This document shows positions 58,495-64,000 of a DNA stretch of 64,000 bases, piece by piece (the first letter of the stretch is position 1; each line of letters starts with the position of its first letter). Source of the stretch: a virus; IMG/VR virus record IMGVR_UViG_3300010965_000427, positions 1 to 64,000 of that record. One strand, written 5' to 3'. The position numbers were made by a program, and so were the translations under genes. Below the pieces are notes generated by a model, which was not told the origin of the DNA, ran no database searches, and saw nothing but the letters and a program-made list of their open reading frames with translations.

Positions 58495-61203
58495 TTATTT
58501 TTTTTCAGAACTATTTGGTTCTTTATTTTTTTCTTGATCTTTTTCAGGTGTTTCGGATTCTTCCTTAGACGCCTCTGGCTCCTCTTCAGGCATCTCCGGC
58601 TCTTCCTCAGGAACCTCTGGCTCCTCTTCCATATTGAAATTGTCTTCTTCAGTTCCGTCATTTTCAGAAGGACTTTCAGAACCTGGCTCCGTTCCAAGCC
58701 TTTCTAAATCAGTATTAGCAGCTTGCTCTGCTGGTTTTAAACTTTTAATAAATTCAATAGAGCTTAAAACAACCCCTTCGTTATGTTCTTTCATTATTTC
58801 ATATAAATTAATAGTGGCTTTCCCATTTTCATCTGGAGTGACTATATCTGAAAGTTCTAACATAAACCCATTGTCGGCTTGCCATCTTCTTAAAAAGAAC
58901 GCCTTAAATGTATTTTTAATAGCATCTATATTAGATCCTAATTCACCAATTAATTCGGTAGTCATGAAATCAGAGTTTAACCATGCGTCTATTGTTTTTT
59001 CTAATGTTTCCGCATATTCATCGTATGCTTCTATTTGGCTTTTTATAGTAGTTACATCTGGTTTTGGCAAAGACAAATCTACGTTATCAACAAATTTATC
59101 GTACATATATAAATAATAACTATCTTCGTTTTCTTTAAATAATTCTTTTTCTTCATCTGTTGCTGTTCTATCTAGTAAGCCTGTATTGCTTTTCATTAAG
59201 TCAATTATTTTATTTCTTATAATGGAGTCATTACGTGCTATTATTTGTGTGAAATTTGTTAATTGAGGAGTAAATTCATCTTGAATGATGGTTACTCTTT
59301 TTGATAATAAAACATTATTTGCTAATACAGTTGTTGCAAAATCAGCTTGGAATCCTGAATCTACAGTTTCTGGAGTTAGCCCAATAGCCATTAGCATCTG
59401 CTTTCTTAATAATTCGTCCAGATCGCTGTCTGGAACTGTATGCTGCATATTTCTTGTTTCAAATTCAAACTTAGTTTGTGGTAAAGCAGGATGCCCTTCG
59501 AACGTTAATTCTAACCCTGCTCTCTGCACCCAATCTACTAAATCTACGGGGGCGTTAATTCCTAATGGAAAATATTGTTGACGCATTTTTGTAAGTTCAT
59601 GCATAGCAATTTCAATTGTTCTTTGAGGATCTGGATCGCTCGGATCTAAAATCATATTAACATGTGTTAACGCAATAGAATTTTTTGTTAATGCCATAAC
59701 CTTGGCAAATAGCAATATCCCTCTGAGACTAGTTAATATTTTTAAATCATCTAATAATGTTTTACCTATTCCGCTATCGTGGTATTTTAATGCAAAATAA
59801 GTTACTAATTCTGACGGAACATAAATCATTCTTGTATATTGGTTTGCTAATGCTCTGGCTAACATTATTCGATACAGTTCATTATTTTGGCCAATTTCCG
59901 TTTTTCTTCCATATGCGCCATTTTTTAATCTTTGAATTAAGTCAGACTCAATAATACTTGCATAAATTTGAGTGGCCTGAGGTATAGTAAGACTTAAATT
60001 ATCTTTTCCTGCTAAGTTTCTTTTTGCTCTTTGTAATAAGAACGTGGATAGTTCTCCTCTTGGATTTCCAAGCTGGAGTTGAATGTCTCCTAAATATTTT
60101 TTATTAGTAAGATGAGATACTGGATTTCCTTCTTCGTCAATAATTACAAAATATCCTACATGCTCTCTTTTATTTCCAGGTACACAAACAGGAATTACGG
60201 ATTCTGAAGGAAATTTTAAAACTAATGGACGCCCGATCGATTTACGTTTTGTTTGCCCGCTATTTGGAACGCTGACTAATGGCACTGCTTGGTTGGGTGG
60301 ACTTTTGTATAGCAGTTTTTCTATTTTACTAGCTGATAATGACTCAGTCGAAATTCTTCTTGGCGATATTACTGATCTTACTTTATTTTTTGCATTCGTT
60401 GTAATAAGTTCCGGAAGTTTTAAAAAGTGGTAATTATCGGAGACTTCTATCATAAAACTAGGAAGCCTCGTAACTTCTCCATTATTAATTTCACAAATAC
60501 AAGGAGCGATTGGGTCTCTTTGTGCAGTATAAAAATTTCTTTCAAACGATTCTAATCCAATTTTAGCATTAGAAGGTTTTTTAGTTTGAAAACTTTCTCC
60601 CAGTATTCCTAAAGAAACGGCTTCTCCAGCAGGAGACACAATCGATCCTAAAGATTCTACGGAAATAGTTCTAGACCCATTAATAAGTTCGTCAACTGCA
60701 TTTTCTGGCAATACAGCAAACACATATGAGCCAGTTTCAAAAAGTATTTCTCTTAATATTTGTGGAAGAAGTTTAGTAACAGTATAGGCTGTATCACATT
60801 GATTTTTAAATTCTTTTAACAAGGTGGAAGTAAGCTCGCTGCAAAAAACAGGGCTCTTCATTTTATATAAAATTTCTGATGTTACCATATCTTTTGGTGA
60901 CAATATAGAACTTACAAGAATTTGAGCAGCTAATTCTAAATCTGGAAATAACTGCTGAGCATTGCGAGAATCTTCGATGTTGCTTTGAATTTTTTCACTT
61001 AACGAAGTAAATGACGATTCGCTAAGATTGTAATAGGAATTGGGGTTATTTATATCTGTTTTTCTCGGATCTTTATTTACTACCAATTTGCTAATAATGG
61101 CCGCCAGCTCTGGTTTTCCATTAATAATTCCAATAGCTGGATATTTTTTCTTTGAATTAACTAGACGCACAATTTCGTCAATTGAGCTTTCTTTAGTGGG
61201 CAT
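58495..61203 (-). CDS. portal protein (phiKZ gp129-like)
   Basis: 902 aa; PDLELA.QILVSSILSPKD, ESVIPV..PG, G.G.TLL motifs; S/G-x-E sites; acidic EEEPE tail. Confidence 0.8.
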   Translation of the reverse strand: MPTKESSIDEIVRLVNSKKKYPAIGIINGKPELAAIISKLVVNKDPRKTDINNPNSYYNLSESSFTSLSEKIQSNIEDSRNAQQLFPDLELAAQILVSSILSPKDMVTSEILYKMKSPVFCSELTSTLLKEFKNQCDTAYTVTKLLPQILREILFETGSYVFAVLPENAVDELINGSRTISVESLGSIVSPAGEAVSLGILGESFQTKKPSNAKIGLESFERNFYTAQRDPIAPCICEINNGEVTRLPSFMIEVSDNYHFLKLPELITTNAKNKVRSVISPRRISTESLSASKIEKLLYKSPPNQAVPLVSVPNSGQTKRKSIGRPLVLKFPSESVIPVCVPGNKREHVGYFVIIDEEGNPVSHLTNKKYLGDIQLQLGNPRGELSTFLLQRAKRNLAGKDNLSLTIPQATQIYASIIESDLIQRLKNGAYGRKTEIGQNNELYRIMLARALANQYTRMIYVPSELVTYFALKYHDSGIGKTLLDDLKILTSLRGILLFAKVMALTKNSIALTHVNMILDPSDPDPQRTIEIAMHELTKMRQQYFPLGINAPVDLVDWVQRAGLELTFEGHPALPQTKFEFETRNMQHTVPDSDLDELLRKQMLMAIGLTPETVDSGFQADFATTVLANNVLLSKRVTIIQDEFTPQLTNFTQIIARNDSIIRNKIIDLMKSNTGLLDRTATDEEKELFKENEDSYYLYMYDKFVDNVDLSLPKPDVTTIKSQIEAYDEYAETLEKTIDAWLNSDFMTTELIGELGSNIDAIKNTFKAFFLRRWQADNGFMLELSDIVTPDENGKATINLYEIMKEHNEGVVLSSIEFIKSLKPAEQAANTDLERLGTEPGSESPSENDGTEEDNFNMEEEPEVPEEEPEMPEEEPEASKEESETPEKDQEKNKEPNSSEKK

Positions 61204-61246
61204 GAGGTATCTCTGTGTTAAAAACGATTATTTTAAGGGATTTTAA

Positions 61247-63436
61247 ATGAGCAGTGATTCAACCCGGCTCTATTTAAAAGAATGTTTTATGCTTTGTAAA
61301 ACATTGAAAATAAAATCTGAAGATTCAATTAAAAAAATTAATGACGATCTGATTCTTCGTTACGGGCAAAATAGCGTTGATATTTATAGAAAAGAAACAT
61401 GGAAATACTATCTGAATAGCTGTGGGCAATATCATGCAACTGATTTAGTAATGACAGTCAGTTCGTTAGACACATTAGAGGAAATAAGGTTTACTAGAGA
61501 AGTATTGAATTTACACCCCACAACATTTTTAAACTACCAATATGGAACAACCTATTATAACGGACTGCTGACAAAATATCCAGAGCAAGAACAATTAATT
61601 CTTGGAATTCTTTATCCGGCAATAATGAATGAAGCGATTGCTGCTAAAGACGGAGCAATATTAGCCTATGATATCAGATATATAGAGCCACAAGAAACTA
61701 CCTTACTAAATGAACTCGAAGGCTGGATTCAGGCTTTTTTAAAACGATGGCATGTAAGGGCTTTTGGGTTAAGCGATACTTTATATCCTACATCCCAACA
61801 CGCAATAATGTATTTGCAATTAATTCCCACTCTTTTAAATCTTAGACTTAAACGCTGTAAAACGTCAGAAGCCCATACATTTCACATCTCATCTTATTTA
61901 GCTAGCCACGGTTATTTAGATAAATACATTGACTACCTTACATTAAAACAAAAACTATTTCTATATAAAAATATAGCTTATATTGAAAGACATCCTGGAA
62001 ATGCCGATACTTTTAATTGGCTAATTCAAAAATTACTTACTGACAGATACATCCCAATAGCAGATTATTCAATTAAGTTTATAGATGAATTTACAGACAC
62101 TGGAGAACCAAGTTATCATTTTCTAAAGAATCCAATAAATACAGAATACAATACAACAGATAAAGATATTTATACTTTAAATGAAATTTTTATAAAAGAG
62201 CAAAATTTAGTAAAAGGGAATAAGGACTATTCAGACGCTAATGGATTATTAATTAATGCCACGATACAAGAATCTCCAAGTAGCGTTATTAAAACAAAAC
62301 TATTAGAGTCAAGCATTGCTGATTACGGAAATTCAGAACCAATGTCTATTGATTCTATTTTGCTAAATCATTGGGGTTTTTATGCATCCAAAGAACTATA
62401 TACCGCTCCAGTTTATTTTTTAAATCCAAAAACAAACGAAACACATGTTTTATTTGCAGATGCGGCTTTTAATTATTTACTTTATTTTTTATTATGCTCC
62501 AGAGGCGTTGTTCCACTGCGCATCCCAGATTTTTTTGCAAATCGTGTTCGACGAATTGCAAAACCAACAGCGCAGACAATGATGCAAGTTGTAGATAGAA
62601 ACTCAATTCGTAATACATTATTAGCTAATTGGCTTTTATCTCAACAACCTAATTCTTCATTAATGCAGTCCACTAGTAGTTTTTTTACATTTTGCAATGC
62701 AATTCACGAAGCCGGTTTAAAAGAATGGTATTTGATATCTAATGTGCATGATTACATAGAACGCGGTTTTTCAGATAATATGATAAATACACTATATGCA
62801 GATGGAAAAGCCACATTAGAGGATGCCGGAACACTCTACTCCGATTGGTTTGTTGCACATAATATTATTCCAGTAGAATATACCAGAGAAGAAGCAACTT
62901 TAGCTTATCAAAGACTTTTTATCGCAGCCACTGGCTATGAATTAGATGAAACAAAAACACTAGCATCTATTCAAAAAGCAGGAATAGATATTTTAACACA
63001 ATTGAGTAGTTACTCTATTCAATTTGTAAAATCAATAAATAAAACACCTTATATATCTATTAATTGGCCAGCTATTCGGGCTGGAAAATTAACAGCAATG
63101 CAATACGGATACGCATTTATTCCTAGTGTTATAGATGTTCTTTTTTCTTTATTTTCTAGCAGGAGGCTGTTAGAAATTGAGATTACTCCGTTTGTTTCAA
63201 CAATATCGGTCAGTGGCAGTCAATCATGTCAAATTAATATTTCTACAGACGCATATGTGGTTGAACACATCGTGCCAGAATTATATGTAAATATTGTTTT
63301 TCAAGCTCCTGTTATCTCATTTGAATACAATGGATTAGATTTAGATATTTTTTCAAAATATGGAGGAATTGGTTTTGAGGGCTACGAGGCTTTAACAGAA
63401 GCTCAAAAATTATCTATTGTTGATATTTACCATTAG
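61247..63436 (+). CDS. virion structural protein (phiKZ gp128-like)
   Basis: TWKYYLN..G.YH.TD..M...SLDT.EEI.F motif; divergent from portal. Confidence 0.7.
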   Translation: MSSDSTRLYLKECFMLCKTLKIKSEDSIKKINDDLILRYGQNSVDIYRKETWKYYLNSCGQYHATDLVMTVSSLDTLEEIRFTREVLNLHPTTFLNYQYGTTYYNGLLTKYPEQEQLILGILYPAIMNEAIAAKDGAILAYDIRYIEPQETTLLNELEGWIQAFLKRWHVRAFGLSDTLYPTSQHAIMYLQLIPTLLNLRLKRCKTSEAHTFHISSYLASHGYLDKYIDYLTLKQKLFLYKNIAYIERHPGNADTFNWLIQKLLTDRYIPIADYSIKFIDEFTDTGEPSYHFLKNPINTEYNTTDKDIYTLNEIFIKEQNLVKGNKDYSDANGLLINATIQESPSSVIKTKLLESSIADYGNSEPMSIDSILLNHWGFYASKELYTAPVYFLNPKTNETHVLFADAAFNYLLYFLLCSRGVVPLRIPDFFANRVRRIAKPTAQTMMQVVDRNSIRNTLLANWLLSQQPNSSLMQSTSSFFTFCNAIHEAGLKEWYLISNVHDYIERGFSDNMINTLYADGKATLEDAGTLYSDWFVAHNIIPVEYTREEATLAYQRLFIAATGYELDETKTLASIQKAGIDILTQLSSYSIQFVKSINKTPYISINWPAIRAGKLTAMQYGYAFIPSVIDVLFSLFSSRRLLEIEITPFVSTISVSGSQSCQINISTDAYVVEHIVPELYVNIVFQAPVISFEYNGLDLDIFSKYGGIGFEGYEALTEAQKLSIVDIYH

Positions 63437-63459
63437 TTTTTCAACTCAGGAATAAAGAG

Positions 63460-64000
63460 ATGCAGTCTACTGTTAGAACAGTTTATGGAGCGTATCTTCA
63501 AACGTGCCATTATTTAAAGGTGCCGTTTACAGTAGTAAACCACACTACATTAAATGAAAAGCTCAACATTTTTTCAGACCTAGTTCTTGCGCAAGGCGAA
63601 GTTCCATCCACAGCCTATTTTTGCATAGGAAACGGTGGGCACAGGGCCGCTATAGGGGCAGACGGAGTTGCGCTAATAGAAGTTGTGCAACATACTCCGC
63701 GACATGCAGGATTGTATAATCAATTGCCTTTTGTATTAAGGAGGCCCGCCAATGATCTTACACAAGCAGAAAGAGCAAAATATAGATTAAGGCGCATAGA
63801 ATATCATGACTCAGTTCAATACGTTGCATATTATGCTCGCGTACTTGACTTGACTTCTTCAATACCACAAATGGAACATGTGACAATTATAGATGGAGTA
63901 AAGGAAACTACTCCGTTTATTCCTACCACCTCAGATCTCAACCCAGTGCCTCCGGCAATTCCAAATACAGGAGCCGTAGTTGTAACAGGGGATTATTTAT
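63460..64000 (+). CDS. virion structural protein, 3'-truncated (phiKZ gp139-like, tentative)
   Basis: Open frame MQSTVRTVYGAYLQTC...TTLNEK...YFCIGNGGH...LPFVLR..NDL..ERAKYRLR running off the window. Confidence 0.65.
   Translation, partial: MQSTVRTVYGAYLQTCHYLKVPFTVVNHTTLNEKLNIFSDLVLAQGEVPSTAYFCIGNGGHRAAIGADGVALIEVVQHTPRHAGLYNQLPFVLRRPANDLTQAERAKYRLRRIEYHDSVQYVAYYARVLDLTSSIPQMEHVTIIDGVKETTPFIPTTSDLNPVPPAIPNTGAVVVTGDYL

Noticed and set aside
1-64000. Stop-codon reassignment and tRNA genes
   Set aside because: Core genes are full length in code 11 with TAA, TAG and TGA all used as stops; I saw no cloverleaf/TTCGA-CCA pattern by eye

Overview
AT-rich, gene-dense segment of a phiKZ-like (Chimalliviridae-type, nucleus-forming) jumbo phage, read in standard code 11. 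Conserved core blocks follow phiKZ synteny as I recall it, not from a search. They include a gp87-gp101-like head/inner-body/structural block (2-20 kb), a SNF2-like helicase, a tail-fibre and lysis block, thyA, DnaB (gp118-like), major capsid protein (gp120-like), a non-virion RNAP beta subunit (gp123-like), portal (gp129-like) and gp128-like genes. Between these lie accessory cassettes built as terminator / shared YATATA promoter motif / gene. Main observations: (1) seven dispersed copies of a covarying ~31-33 nt stem-loop whose GACA arm starts 8 nt after YATATA; (2) five PKD-like + 24-aa DUF285/BspA-type repeat proteins with hypervariable positions; (3) a GC-rich, highly structured ~245-nt candidate ncRNA at ~30.8-31.0 kb; (4) four orphan HicB-like proteins interleaved with three HiPIP-like 4-Cys proteins; (5) apparently inactive paralogs of the head protease and of a nucleotidyltransferase; (6) a prion-like QQQGW(P/S)PQGYP repeat next to the nvRNAP gene. 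The window opens with a Tex-type S1 domain fragment that may be a host/assembly junction.
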